A stretch of 64,000 nucleotides of DNA from an uncultured Erysipelotrichaceae bacterium (GTDB lineage Bacteria > Bacillota_I > Bacilli_A > Erysipelotrichales > Erysipelotrichaceae), in assembly GCA_944325255.1 (NCBI GenBank), contig CALUZH010000029.1, forward strand, positions 11,448 through 75,447, written 5' to 3'. Each line of letters begins with the position of its first letter. Position 1 is the stretch's first letter. This document shows positions 45,361-54,644 of the stretch, piece by piece. The translations under genes were made by a program, and so were the position numbers. The notes under the pieces were generated by a model. It made no database searches and was not told where the DNA came from. It saw only the letters and a program-made list of their open reading frames with translations.

Positions 45361-46691
45361 ATTTAAGCGTTTCGGCACTTTTGCGCTATTTAAAAGATAA
45401 ATTGGATGGTGATGGACAATTGCAGAATATTGTCGTAAACGGTGAAATATCCAATTTCCATCGTCATCAAAGCGGTCATTTATATTTCTCTTTAAAAGAT
45501 GAAAGTGCCGCCATATCCTGTGTTATGTTTCGCTATGCTGCCGCTTCCTTAAATTTTATGCCTGCTAATGGCGATGCCGTAGTTGTTAAGGGAAACATCT
45601 CCATCTTTATGGCCAGCGGTCAATTGCAGCTTTATGTAACGCAAATGCGAATGGATGGTATCGGCGCTCTTTTTTTACGTTATGAAAATTTAAAAAAAGC
45701 ATTGAGTGCCCAAGGCCTTTTTAATGATGAATATAAAAAAGCCAAACCCTTATACCCCTTAAATGTAGCGGTATTGGTAGGGGATAAAAGTGCGGCAATG
45801 TCTGATATCAAGATTAATTTTGCTGCTCGTTGGCCACTTTGTAGTGTCGATTATTATCCGGTTTTAGTGCAGGGAAATGAAGCGGCGAAAGATATCATTG
45901 CCACCTTAAGTATCGTTGACAAGAAGGGCTATGATGCCATCATCTTAGCCCGAGGTGGCGGTTCTTTTGAAGATTTGTTTTGTTTTAACGATGAAGAATT
46001 GGCCTATACCATCTATAATCTGCAAACTTTCATTATTACGGGTATTGGCCATGAGCAGGACTTTACTATTGCCGATTTTGTGAGTGATATGCGGGCCCCG
46101 ACGCCAACCGGAGCGGTGGTTATGCTTACTCCCAATATTAGTGATGTTTTAAAGAGTATCGATGATGCTGAACTTTCTTTAAGACAAAATATGCAAAGAC
46201 GGCTTGATACGCTTAAAGAAAAACTAGAACGTTTAAAAACTTCTCGCGTTTTTACGGTTAAAAATTTTATCCTGCAAGATAATGAAATACGTCTTGACTA
46301 TCTTAAAACCCGGCTTTATGCCACTGTCAGCCAGAAACAACAACTCCTGCCGCTGATTCAAAGGCATCTAGAAAATATCAAACACCGGGTCATCATCCTT
46401 TATCATAATAAAAATGATCATTTTCTAAGATTAAATAATGATTTAAATTCGAAGATGGCTTACAAAAGTAATTTGTTTAAGGAGCGACTGTCTAAAAATT
46501 TGGCCTTATTAAAGGCCTATAGTTATGAAAATATCTTAAAACGGGGTTATGCCTTGCCCTTAAAAGATGGCAAAGTAATAAATAGTGTCAACAGTATTAA
46601 TCTTAGTGAAGATTTTGAATTGCAAATGCATGATGGAAGACTTTTAGTTACATACAAGGAGGATATATCCGATGGCGAAAGAAAAATTTGA
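45357..46691 (+). CDS. xseA: Exodeoxyribonuclease VII large subunit
   Basis: OB-fold N-terminus (VNGEISNF..HQSGHLYFSLKD), ARGGGS motif, long C-terminal coiled coil. ATGA overlap with nusB. Confidence 0.92.
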   Translation: MNLSVSALLRYLKDKLDGDGQLQNIVVNGEISNFHRHQSGHLYFSLKDESAAISCVMFRYAAASLNFMPANGDAVVVKGNISIFMASGQLQLYVTQMRMDGIGALFLRYENLKKALSAQGLFNDEYKKAKPLYPLNVAVLVGDKSAAMSDIKINFAARWPLCSVDYYPVLVQGNEAAKDIIATLSIVDKKGYDAIILARGGGSFEDLFCFNDEELAYTIYNLQTFIITGIGHEQDFTIADFVSDMRAPTPTGAVVMLTPNISDVLKSIDDAELSLRQNMQRRLDTLKEKLERLKTSRVFTVKNFILQDNEIRLDYLKTRLYATVSQKQQLLPLIQRHLENIKHRVIILYHNKNDHFLRLNNDLNSKMAYKSNLFKERLSKNLALLKAYSYENILKRGYALPLKDGKVINSVNSINLSEDFELQMHDGRLLVTYKEDISDGERKI

Positions 46692-46878
46692 AGATCAGAT
46701 GCAAAGACTGGAGCTTATTGTAAAAACGCTTGAAGGCAATGAGGTCGGTCTTGATGAAGCTATTAAACTTTATGAAGAAGGTTTGCTTATTGCCCAAAAA
46801 TTAAGTGAACAATTAAAGACTTTTGAAAATAAAATCGCATCATTGGATGGACAAAAGGACCAAAAAGATGAACTTTGA
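46672..46878 (+). CDS. xseB: Exodeoxyribonuclease VII small subunit
   Basis: 68 aa, FEDQMQRLELIVKTLEGNEVGLDEAIKLYEEG. AAGGAGG SD. Confidence 0.9.
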   Translation: MAKEKFEDQMQRLELIVKTLEGNEVGLDEAIKLYEEGLLIAQKLSEQLKTFENKIASLDGQKDQKDEL

Positions 46879-47695
46879 TGAATATTTGCAAACCTATATA
46901 AATGGTTTGGGCGATAATCGCTTAATTAAGGCTATGCTTTATGCCACAAGCGGGGGCAAACATTTTCGTCCGGAATTGCTTTTTGCGGTTGTTAAAGGCT
47001 TTGGCATCAGTGAAGATAAGGCTTATCCATCTGCTGCGGCTTTAGAGATGTTGCACTCTTATTCTTTGATTCATGATGATCTTCCATGCATGGATAATGA
47101 TGACTATCGAAGAGGCAAATTGACGGTTCATAAAGCCTTTGGTGAAGATATTGCCGTACTGTGCGGGGATGCCTTATTGACTCATGCCTTTGCAGTTTTG
47201 GCCAATGCTCCTTATAGTTCTGATAAATGCTTGAAGATGATTTCCTATTTGGCGAGCTTAGGCGGTTTAAATGGGATGATATATGGACAGCTTTTAGATA
47301 TTTCCGTTCATGATTATGATGATTTAAGCCCAAAAGAACTTGATGAAATTCAGGATTATAAAACCGGAGCTTTATTTAAAGCGGCCCTTTATTTTGGAAT
47401 GATTTTGGCCGATGACTTTGAACATCAAGATTTTTATGATGACTTGGCCTTAGTTCTTGGCCGGATCTTTCAAACCCAGGATGATCTTTTTGATATTAAG
47501 AAAACTTTTGCGGAAACGGGAAAAAGTGCCAGTGATATTAAAAATCATAAGGCCACCAGCATCAGCATTAAAAGTATCGAAGAAGTAGAAGAAGAACTTA
47601 AAAGGCTTTTTTATAAAGCATATGCTTTGTTAAAGCGGGGAAGTTTTGATACAACATATTTAGAAGAAATAGTTAGAAGGATGGAAAACAGATGA
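46868..47695 (+). CDS. ispA: (2E,6E)-farnesyl diphosphate synthase
   Basis: First DDxxxxD motif LIHDDLPCMDNDDYRRG, second motif FQTQDDLFD. ATG at 46868 preferred to the track start 46823. Confidence 0.9.
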   Translation: MNFDEYLQTYINGLGDNRLIKAMLYATSGGKHFRPELLFAVVKGFGISEDKAYPSAAALEMLHSYSLIHDDLPCMDNDDYRRGKLTVHKAFGEDIAVLCGDALLTHAFAVLANAPYSSDKCLKMISYLASLGGLNGMIYGQLLDISVHDYDDLSPKELDEIQDYKTGALFKAALYFGMILADDFEHQDFYDDLALVLGRIFQTQDDLFDIKKTFAETGKSASDIKNHKATSISIKSIEEVEEELKRLFYKAYALLKRGSFDTTYLEEIVRRMENR

Positions 47696-49554
47696 GTTTT
47701 GATCTTGAAGCAATTGAAAATCCGGCTTTTTTAAAGGACCTGAGCCTTGAAGAAATGAATGAATTGGCAGCCGAAATTAGACAATTTCTTTTGACTAATA
47801 TTGCCAAGACCGGGGGTCATCTTTCAAGTAATCTCGGGGTTGTGGAATTGACTATTGCCTTGCATTATGTTTTTGATTTTTCTCATGATCGCTTACTTTT
47901 TGATGTCGGTCATCAATCATATACGCATAAAATATTAACCGGTCGGGCCAAAGATTTTAGTACCTTACGTAAATTTCACGGCTTATCCGGTTTCCAAAAA
48001 CGTAAAGAGAGCCCTTATGATTGTTTTGAAGCTGGGCATTCTTCAACATCCTTATCGGCTGCTTTGGGTATGGCGGTTGCCCGGGATTTAAAGAAGGAAA
48101 ATTATGAGATTGTGCCATTGATTGGCGATGGCGCGCTTTTAAGCGGCATGGCTTTAGAAGCTCTTAATAATATCGGCTATGAAAAGAAGAAGATGATCAT
48201 TATCTTTAATGATAATGATATGTCAATATCCCATAATGTGGGGGCTATATCCAAGAGTTTTTCCAATTTACGTACTTCGAATGAATATAATGATCTTAAG
48301 GATGATGTCAAAGATTTTTTAAAGACCAAAAAACATGGCAAATCCATTATCTCGGCGATTTCGGGCTTTAAAGATATGATCAAAAAACAGGTAGTTGATT
48401 CAGGCATCTTCAAAGAATTTAATTTAGAATACTACGGACCCATCGATGGTCATAATATAAAAGATTTAATTCGGGTTATGGAAGTAGCTAAAGAAAATGA
48501 CGAACCATCAGTCATCCATGTGGTCACGAAAAAGGGCAAGGGTTATTGGCTGGCGGAAAATGATCAAATCGGTATATGGCATGGTGTCGGTCCCTTTGAT
48601 ATTAAAAGCGGAAAGGCTTTAGTGGAAACGCCACCGCATTATAAAGCTTATTCTAAGGTTGTTGCCGACATGGTTGAAAAGATAATGTATCAAAGAGATG
48701 ATGTCGTTACCATAACGCCGGCGATGATTGCCGGTGCCAAACTTGACAGTATCTTCGCTCATTTCCCTGATCGCAGTTTTGATTGCGGCATCGCCGAGGA
48801 ACATGCCGTTACTTTTGCGGCCGGTTTGGCCTTAAATGGTATGCATCCTTTTATCTCTCTTTATTCATCTTTCTTGCAAAGAGCCTATGATCAAATAAAT
48901 CATGATGTTTGTCGAATGGACTTAGCGGTAGTTATCGGCATCGATAGGGCCGGCTTAGTTGGCGATGATGGTGAAACTCATCATGGTATCTTTGATATCG
49001 GTATTTTAAGGCCTTTGCCGAATCTTATTATCGCTCAAGGTAAAGATGCCGAAGAAACGGAAAAGCTCTTATATACGGCCTTTAATCAAGCTCATCCCTT
49101 CGCTATAAGATATCCGCGCGGCAATGTCTACTATAAAGGTAATAATGAAGATATTGCGGAAATCGCCATAGGAACATGGGATTATCTTTTAAAGAATAAT
49201 AGTAGTAAATCGGTTATTTTGACTTATGGAAATGATGTTAATGAATTGCTTAAATTGATTAATGAAAGCGAAAATCCTTATGATCTTATAAATTGCCGTT
49301 TTATTAAACCGCTAGATCATCAAATGCTTGATGAATTAGCCTTAAGCGGCAAAGAAATATATGTTTATGAAGAAAGTATTTTAAGCGGAGGTTTAGGTTC
49401 GGCGATTGGCGAATATTATGCTTTAAATAATCAAAAAGTTAATCTTCATATCTGCGCTATTCCCGATCTTTATCCGCAACAAGGAAGCAGTCGTCAAATC
49501 AGAGAAGAGTTGGGAATTGATCCCCTTACATTTTTAAAGACAGTCAAGGTATAA
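47692..49554 (+). CDS. dxs: 1-deoxy-D-xylulose-5-phosphate synthase
   Basis: GGHLSSNLG, FDVGHQSY, GHSSTS, GDGAL, AEEHAVTFAAG motifs. 620 aa. Confidence 0.95.
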   Translation: MSFDLEAIENPAFLKDLSLEEMNELAAEIRQFLLTNIAKTGGHLSSNLGVVELTIALHYVFDFSHDRLLFDVGHQSYTHKILTGRAKDFSTLRKFHGLSGFQKRKESPYDCFEAGHSSTSLSAALGMAVARDLKKENYEIVPLIGDGALLSGMALEALNNIGYEKKKMIIIFNDNDMSISHNVGAISKSFSNLRTSNEYNDLKDDVKDFLKTKKHGKSIISAISGFKDMIKKQVVDSGIFKEFNLEYYGPIDGHNIKDLIRVMEVAKENDEPSVIHVVTKKGKGYWLAENDQIGIWHGVGPFDIKSGKALVETPPHYKAYSKVVADMVEKIMYQRDDVVTITPAMIAGAKLDSIFAHFPDRSFDCGIAEEHAVTFAAGLALNGMHPFISLYSSFLQRAYDQINHDVCRMDLAVVIGIDRAGLVGDDGETHHGIFDIGILRPLPNLIIAQGKDAEETEKLLYTAFNQAHPFAIRYPRGNVYYKGNNEDIAEIAIGTWDYLLKNNSSKSVILTYGNDVNELLKLINESENPYDLINCRFIKPLDHQMLDELALSGKEIYVYEESILSGGLGSAIGEYYALNNQKVNLHICAIPDLYPQQGSSRQIREELGIDPLTFLKTVKV

Positions 49555-49557
49555 ATT

Positions 49558-51210
49558 ATGTTAAAAAGCATGCATATCAAAAACTATGCCATCATTGATG
49601 ATTTGCAGATCGATTTTGCTGATCGTTTTGTGGTTTTTACAGGGGAAACAGGTGCCGGCAAATCAATTATTGTCGGCGCTTTAACCTGCTTATGTGGCGA
49701 GCGTGCTGATACAGCCTTTGTCGGCAAAAAAGGGGATAAGGCCATCATTGAAGGGGTTTTTGATATCAATGAACGCATGCTTAATATCTTGGAAGAAAAC
49801 GATTTTGCGATTGATTTAAGCGATGATTTGATTATTCGACGCACCATAGCCAAGGATGGTAAAAATACCATCAGGATTAATGATACGGCCGTTACCTTAA
49901 ACTTCTTGAGTCGGCTTTTAAAGGAAGAGATTGATATTCATTCGCAAAAAGAAAATGCTTTTTTATTAAATGCTAAAAAACACTTGGGTCTTTTGGATCG
50001 CTATAGCGATGATACAAAAATGCTTAAAGACTATCAAACACTATATCATGACTGGTATCAAGAAAAGAAGAATTTCGATGCTTACTTAAAGACTGACTAT
50101 AATTTATCAGATTTGGAATATTTTAAATTCGTTTTGGAAGAATTGAATGCTGCCAAATTAGATATTGATGAAGAAGAAGAATTACAAAAATCAGAAAAAC
50201 GTTATAAAAGTGCGCAAAAACATTTGGATATTTTAGAAAGAATTAAATATTTGGCTGATGGTGATGAGGGCATCAAGACCAAGCTTTATGACTTGCGAAA
50301 ACTCTTGGGTGAAATCGATGAATTGCATGAGGTCTTTAATACGATAAATGATATTTATTATACTCTTGATGATCAATTATCTTCGATTGATGATTTCTAT
50401 AAACAATATGATATTTCGCCGGAAGAGATTAATCAGATTGAAGAAAGACTTTATACTATTAATCGTTTGAAACGCAAATATGGCAAAAATGTTGCCGAGC
50501 TTTTACAATATCAAGATGAATTAAGTACTAAGATCAAACAATTTGAAAATCGGGAAGAATATATTGAATTAAGTCAAAAAAGAATTAATGAATTATATGA
50601 TAAGGCCTATAATGCGGCAAATAAACTATCTAAGATAAGAAAAGCTGCCGCTAAAAATTTGGAAACTAAGATTATTGCCGAACTTCATGATCTTATGTTG
50701 CCAAATGTTTCATTCCAAGTTGATTTTAAGGAAAAAGAGCTTAGTGAAGATGGCATTGATAATATCGAATTTTTAATTTCTTTAAATCGTGGTGAAGATT
50801 TAAAACCTTTGGTCAAAGTTGCCAGCGGCGGGGAAATATCACGGGTTATGCTGGGACTTAAAACGATTTTTTCGGCCCTTAATCAAACATCACTTTTGGT
50901 ATTTGATGAAATTGACAGCGGTGTCAGTGGCAAAGTAGCCTTTACTATCGGCCAAAAAATGGCGACAATTGCCAAACAAGCACAGGTTTTGGCAATAACA
51001 CACCTAGCGCCGGTAGCCGCCTTTGCCGACCAGCATCTATTTATTTATAAAACGGATGATAAAGACCAAACTACAACTCATATTAGGGAATTAAGCTATG
51101 AAGAACGCATTAAGGAATTAGCGATCATGGCATCCTCAGTCAGTGATAAGGCCGCCCTTGATGCAGCTCAAAAATTGATTGAAAAAGCTAAGGCTAGCTA
51201 TGAAAAATGA
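49558..51210 (+). CDS. recN: DNA repair protein RecN
   Basis: Walker A GETGAGKS, long coiled coil, ASGGEISR signature, LVFDEIDSGVSG Walker B. Confidence 0.93.
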   Translation: MLKSMHIKNYAIIDDLQIDFADRFVVFTGETGAGKSIIVGALTCLCGERADTAFVGKKGDKAIIEGVFDINERMLNILEENDFAIDLSDDLIIRRTIAKDGKNTIRINDTAVTLNFLSRLLKEEIDIHSQKENAFLLNAKKHLGLLDRYSDDTKMLKDYQTLYHDWYQEKKNFDAYLKTDYNLSDLEYFKFVLEELNAAKLDIDEEEELQKSEKRYKSAQKHLDILERIKYLADGDEGIKTKLYDLRKLLGEIDELHEVFNTINDIYYTLDDQLSSIDDFYKQYDISPEEINQIEERLYTINRLKRKYGKNVAELLQYQDELSTKIKQFENREEYIELSQKRINELYDKAYNAANKLSKIRKAAAKNLETKIIAELHDLMLPNVSFQVDFKEKELSEDGIDNIEFLISLNRGEDLKPLVKVASGGEISRVMLGLKTIFSALNQTSLLVFDEIDSGVSGKVAFTIGQKMATIAKQAQVLAITHLAPVAAFADQHLFIYKTDDKDQTTTHIRELSYEERIKELAIMASSVSDKAALDAAQKLIEKAKASYEK

Positions 51211-52087
51211 TAAGGCTTTTGAAGAATACCGTCGCTATTTAAAAATGGCCAGCGGCAAGGCTGATGCCACGATCAAAGCCTATTTGGCCGATCTGGAAAA
51301 ATATCTTATTTATTTAAATGAAGAGGGAATTAATAATATTGAGGATATCGATGCAGCTTTAATTAACCATTATTTGAATCAATTGCGCCATATGCTCAAT
51401 AATAACTCACTTAATCGCCATTTATCGGCAATTAAAAGCTTTCATAATTTCATCAGCTTTAAATATGATCTTAAAGATCCCAGCATTACTTTAAGAAGTG
51501 AAAAAACACCGGCTCATTTACCGCTTTATGCCAATGAAGAAGAAATCGAATTATTGATGAATTCGTTCAGCGATAAACCCAAAGATATTTTAGATCATGC
51601 CCTGTTGGAGATTATTTACGGTTGTGGTCTGAGAGTGGGGGAGTGCTGTTTGCTCGAAGCAAGTAATATTAACTTTAATGATGCAATATTGACGGTAATC
51701 GGGAAGGGTGATAAGCAAAGACTTATTCCTATACCTTCTAAAACCCTCATATGTTTAAAAGAATATCTTAAGATTCGCCAAATTTGGCTAAAGGGGAATA
51801 GCAAATACTTTTTTATCAATCCCCGCTCCAAACCCTTGTATCGCCAATATGTAGAAAAGTTATTACGTTCTAAATGCTTAGAACTGGGTATTAAAAAAGC
51901 TTTGACGCCCCATAAATTACGACACTCTTATGCGACCCATCTTTTGCTTGGAGGATGTGACTTAAGGGTCATTCAGGAACTTTTAGGACACAGTTCAATC
52001 GCTACTACCGAAATTTATACCCATGTGGAAACAAGCCATCTTAAAGAGGCTTATTTGAAGGCCCATCCGCTGGCCAGAAAGGATTAA
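51200..52087 (+). CDS. xerD: Tyrosine site-specific recombinase, XerD type
   Basis: Catalytic residues in GLRVGE, HKLRHSYATHLL, LGHSSIATTEIYTH. xerD-deoB adjacency as B. subtilis ripX-drm. ATG at 51200 overlaps the recN stop. Confidence 0.8.
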   Translation: MKNDKAFEEYRRYLKMASGKADATIKAYLADLEKYLIYLNEEGINNIEDIDAALINHYLNQLRHMLNNNSLNRHLSAIKSFHNFISFKYDLKDPSITLRSEKTPAHLPLYANEEEIELLMNSFSDKPKDILDHALLEIIYGCGLRVGECCLLEASNINFNDAILTVIGKGDKQRLIPIPSKTLICLKEYLKIRQIWLKGNSKYFFINPRSKPLYRQYVEKLLRSKCLELGIKKALTPHKLRHSYATHLLLGGCDLRVIQELLGHSSIATTEIYTHVETSHLKEAYLKAHPLARKD

Positions 52088-52089
52088 TT

Positions 52090-53274
52090 ATGCAAAAACA
52101 AAGAATCTTTTTAATTGTCATTGACTCATTGGGAGTCGGCTATGACGAAAGTTCCAAAACTTATGGTGATGAAGGTGCCAATACTTTATCCCATATCTTT
52201 AAGGCTACTGAGGGCAAATATCGCATCCCTGTGCTTCAAAGTCTTGGCTTATGTAATTTGACATCCGTTTTAGGAAATCCTTCTAAGGATAGCTTTAAAG
52301 CCTATATAACGCGTCTACATGAACAATCTATCGGCAAAGATACGATGACCGGTCATTGGGAAATTTGCGGTGTTTTAACAACCGAGCCCTTTGTGACTTT
52401 TACCGACAGCGGATTTCCCCAAGAATTGATAGATGAATTATCCAGATTGAGCGGCCATCAATTTATCGGCAATTATGCCGCATCAGGTACCGAAATTATC
52501 AAAGAATTAGGAGAAAGACAATTAAAAACCAAGGAGATGATAATTTATACATCAGCCGATTCGGTTTTGCAGATAGCGGCCCATGAAGAATTATTCGGTT
52601 TAGATGAAATCTATCGTACCTGTAAAATCGCCCGTGAGGTAACTATGAAAAAAAAGTGGCGTGTCGGAAGGGTAATTGCCCGTCCGTTTATCGGCGATTC
52701 AGCCGCTAATTTTACCCGCACCAGCAATCGTCATGACTATGCCTTGGATCCGACAGGCAAAACCATTCTCGATGATCTAAAGGCTGTTGGTTATGATGTT
52801 ATAAGCATCGGTAAAATAAATGATATTTTTAATACCCGCGGTATAACTAAAGCTCTTCATTCCACATCCAGTGTCGAAGGAATGAAACAGACAATTGAAG
52901 TATGCAATGAAGATTTTAATGGCTTATGTTTTGTCAATTTGGTGGACTTTGATGCTAAATGGGGACATCGCCGCAATCCGGACGGATATGCAAGAGAATT
53001 GGTAGCCTTTGATGAATTGCTTAAGGAACTGCTGTTAAAGCTTAAAGATGATGATATTTTAATGATTACAGCCGATCATGGCAATGATCCGACTTGGAAG
53101 GGCTCAGATCATACAAGAGAAATGATCCCTTGGCTTATTTATTCAAAAACATTTAAAGACTCCAAAATGCTTCCTGAAGGAAATAGCTTTGCTAATATCG
53201 GGGCAACGATTGCCGATTATTTCGCTATTGAAAAACCGCCAATCGGAACATCATATAAAAAATATCTTATATAA
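52090..53274 (+). CDS. deoB: Phosphopentomutase
   Basis: IVIDSLGVG, GKDTMTGHWE, TADHGNDPT motifs. Confidence 0.93.
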   Translation: MQKQRIFLIVIDSLGVGYDESSKTYGDEGANTLSHIFKATEGKYRIPVLQSLGLCNLTSVLGNPSKDSFKAYITRLHEQSIGKDTMTGHWEICGVLTTEPFVTFTDSGFPQELIDELSRLSGHQFIGNYAASGTEIIKELGERQLKTKEMIIYTSADSVLQIAAHEELFGLDEIYRTCKIAREVTMKKKWRVGRVIARPFIGDSAANFTRTSNRHDYALDPTGKTILDDLKAVGYDVISIGKINDIFNTRGITKALHSTSSVEGMKQTIEVCNEDFNGLCFVNLVDFDAKWGHRRNPDGYARELVAFDELLKELLLKLKDDDILMITADHGNDPTWKGSDHTREMIPWLIYSKTFKDSKMLPEGNSFANIGATIADYFAIEKPPIGTSYKKYLI

Positions 53275-53276
53275 GG

Positions 53277-53298
53277 GGAGATGTTTGATCTCCTTTTT
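53277..53298 (+). terminator. Intrinsic terminator after deoB
   Basis: 6-bp stem GGAGAT / ATCTCC, loop GTTTG, then TTTTT. Confidence 0.65.
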
Positions 53299-53309
53299 AT
53301 AATCTATAA

Positions 53310-53337
53310 AAGTTGCATAATATAGATTATGCGAAGT
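53310..53337. other. dif: Candidate chromosome dimer resolution site dif (11-6-11)
   Basis: AAGTTGCATAA TATAGA TTATGCGAAGT. Imperfect palindromic arms (8 of 11 positions). The GCATAA/TTATG inner cores and AT-rich spacer are as in known dif sites. Located at the strand-polarity switch, 1.2 kb from xerD. Confidence 0.55.
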
Positions 53338-53346
53338 AGATATAAT

Positions 53347-53373
53347 AATAAAAAAGCTCCATAAATATGGAGC
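53347..53373 (-). terminator. Intrinsic terminator of hup
   Basis: On the minus strand: stem GCTCCATA / TATGGAGC (very short loop) followed by TTTTTT. Confidence 0.7.
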
Positions 53374-53381
53374 ATCATAAA

Positions 53382-53663
53382 CTATTTAACTAAATCTTTA
53401 AGGGCTTTTGCCGGTTTGAAGCTAGGCACCTTAGTAGCCGGAATTTGAATTGTTTCGCGAGTAGCAGGATTAATTCCGGTACGAGCATTACGTACTTTAA
53501 CTTCGAATTTACCAAATCCTGATAAATCTACTTTTCCACCGTCCTTTAATGTATCGGCAACAGTTTCTAAAACTAAGTCAACAACTTCCGTAGCACTCTT
53601 TTTGGTCATGCCGGTTTTATCGGAAATTACTTCGACCAATGTTTTCTTATTCAAATTTTCCAT
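53382..53663 (-). CDS. hup: DNA-binding protein HU
   Basis: GFGKFEVKVRNARTGINPATRETIQIPA arm motif. 93 aa. AGGAGG SD. Confidence 0.95.
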   Translation of the reverse strand: MENLNKKTLVEVISDKTGMTKKSATEVVDLVLETVADTLKDGGKVDLSGFGKFEVKVRNARTGINPATRETIQIPATKVPSFKPAKALKDLVK

Positions 53664-53683
53664 TTTTAATTCCTCCTGTAATG

Positions 53684-53689
53684 ATTATA
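53684..53689 (-). promoter_or_regulatory. -10 hexamer TATAAT for hup
   Basis: The minus strand reads GCTATAAT, 20 nt upstream of the hup ATG, immediately after the nrnA stop. Confidence 0.4.
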
Positions 53690-53695
53690 GCTTTT

Positions 53696-54643
53696 TTAAT
53701 CCTTAATATCAATTGTTTTCACAAGGCTTATAGCTTCTTTGATGACATTATTGACCTCAGCCAAACTTAAGCCTTTAATGCCACAGGCATTGGCATGTCC
53801 CCCACCGTTAAAGGAGGCTGCAAGCTCATTAATTACATAATCTTTTTTCGAGCGCATGGAAATATCAAAGCTGCCCTTTGCCATTTCACAAGCAATCAAC
53901 CAGATCTTCAATTCATCAACATTATTAAATTCAGAAACACAACGTTTGGCTTCAACAGGTGATATACCAAGCTCACTCAGTTCTTCTGCGTTCATAATCA
54001 CATAACCTACCCCATCACTATATTGAAGTTTTTGGCGGATCTTAGTGGCAGAATTAAAAGAATTAAGGGATTTATTAAAGACCTTAGTATATAGTTGATT
54101 AATATCAATACCGGTTTCAGCTAAAGAAGAAGCGGCATTTAAGGTCCATTGACTGGTATTGGAGGTAGTAAAACTTTGAGTATCATATAAGATACCGGCA
54201 TAAAGATACTTGGCACATTCCTCATTAACTCGATAACCGATGACATCACCATCCAAGAATAAAATGGTTAATAGTTCCGCTGTCGCGGCAGAGCGGGTAT
54301 TGACAATATTAATATCGCCAAAGTCATCAACCACCGGATGATGATCAATTTTCATAACTTTCTTAGCCAATTTATAGCGATCATCGTCAATGCGTTCCCG
54401 ATTAGCGGTATCCAATACAATGGCTAAAGAGGATTTGATGAATTCATCATCAACTTCATCAACATATGGATAAGCATCAAATAAGTCATGACCCATAATT
54501 TTGACAGTCTTATCACGGAAATTTTGTTCGATCCAGGCCTTAAGTGCCAATTGTGAACATACGGCATCGCCATCAGGCTGGCTGTGGCGGAAGATACAAA
54601 TGTTTTGATTTTCAATGATCGGAACAGAAAATTTTGTAAACAT
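53696..54643 (-). CDS. nrnA: DHH/DHHA1 phosphoesterase, NrnA-type oligoribonuclease/pAp phosphatase
   Basis: HSQPDGDAVCS, DTAN, DHHP, GGGHANACG motifs. 315 aa. Confidence 0.75.
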   Translation of the reverse strand: MFTKFSVPIIENQNICIFRHSQPDGDAVCSQLALKAWIEQNFRDKTVKIMGHDLFDAYPYVDEVDDEFIKSSLAIVLDTANRERIDDDRYKLAKKVMKIDHHPVVDDFGDINIVNTRSAATAELLTILFLDGDVIGYRVNEECAKYLYAGILYDTQSFTTSNTSQWTLNAASSLAETGIDINQLYTKVFNKSLNSFNSATKIRQKLQYSDGVGYVIMNAEELSELGISPVEAKRCVSEFNNVDELKIWLIACEMAKGSFDISMRSKKDYVINELAASFNGGGHANACGIKGLSLAEVNNVIKEAISLVKTIDIKD

Positions 54644-54644
54644 A

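Noticed and set aside
51200-52087. The tyrosine recombinase as a phage or ICE integrase
   Set aside because: Its size (about 295 aa), XerD-type motifs, housekeeping neighbours (recN, deoB) and the nearby dif-like site all fit a chromosomal Xer recombinase.
53299-53330. 10-bp perfect inverted repeat ATAATCTATA / TATAGATTAT read as a third terminator hairpin
   Set aside because: It has no flanking U-tract and is entirely A/T-rich (weak). Its right arm coincides with the centre of the dif-like 28-mer, so it is treated as part of that site's context.
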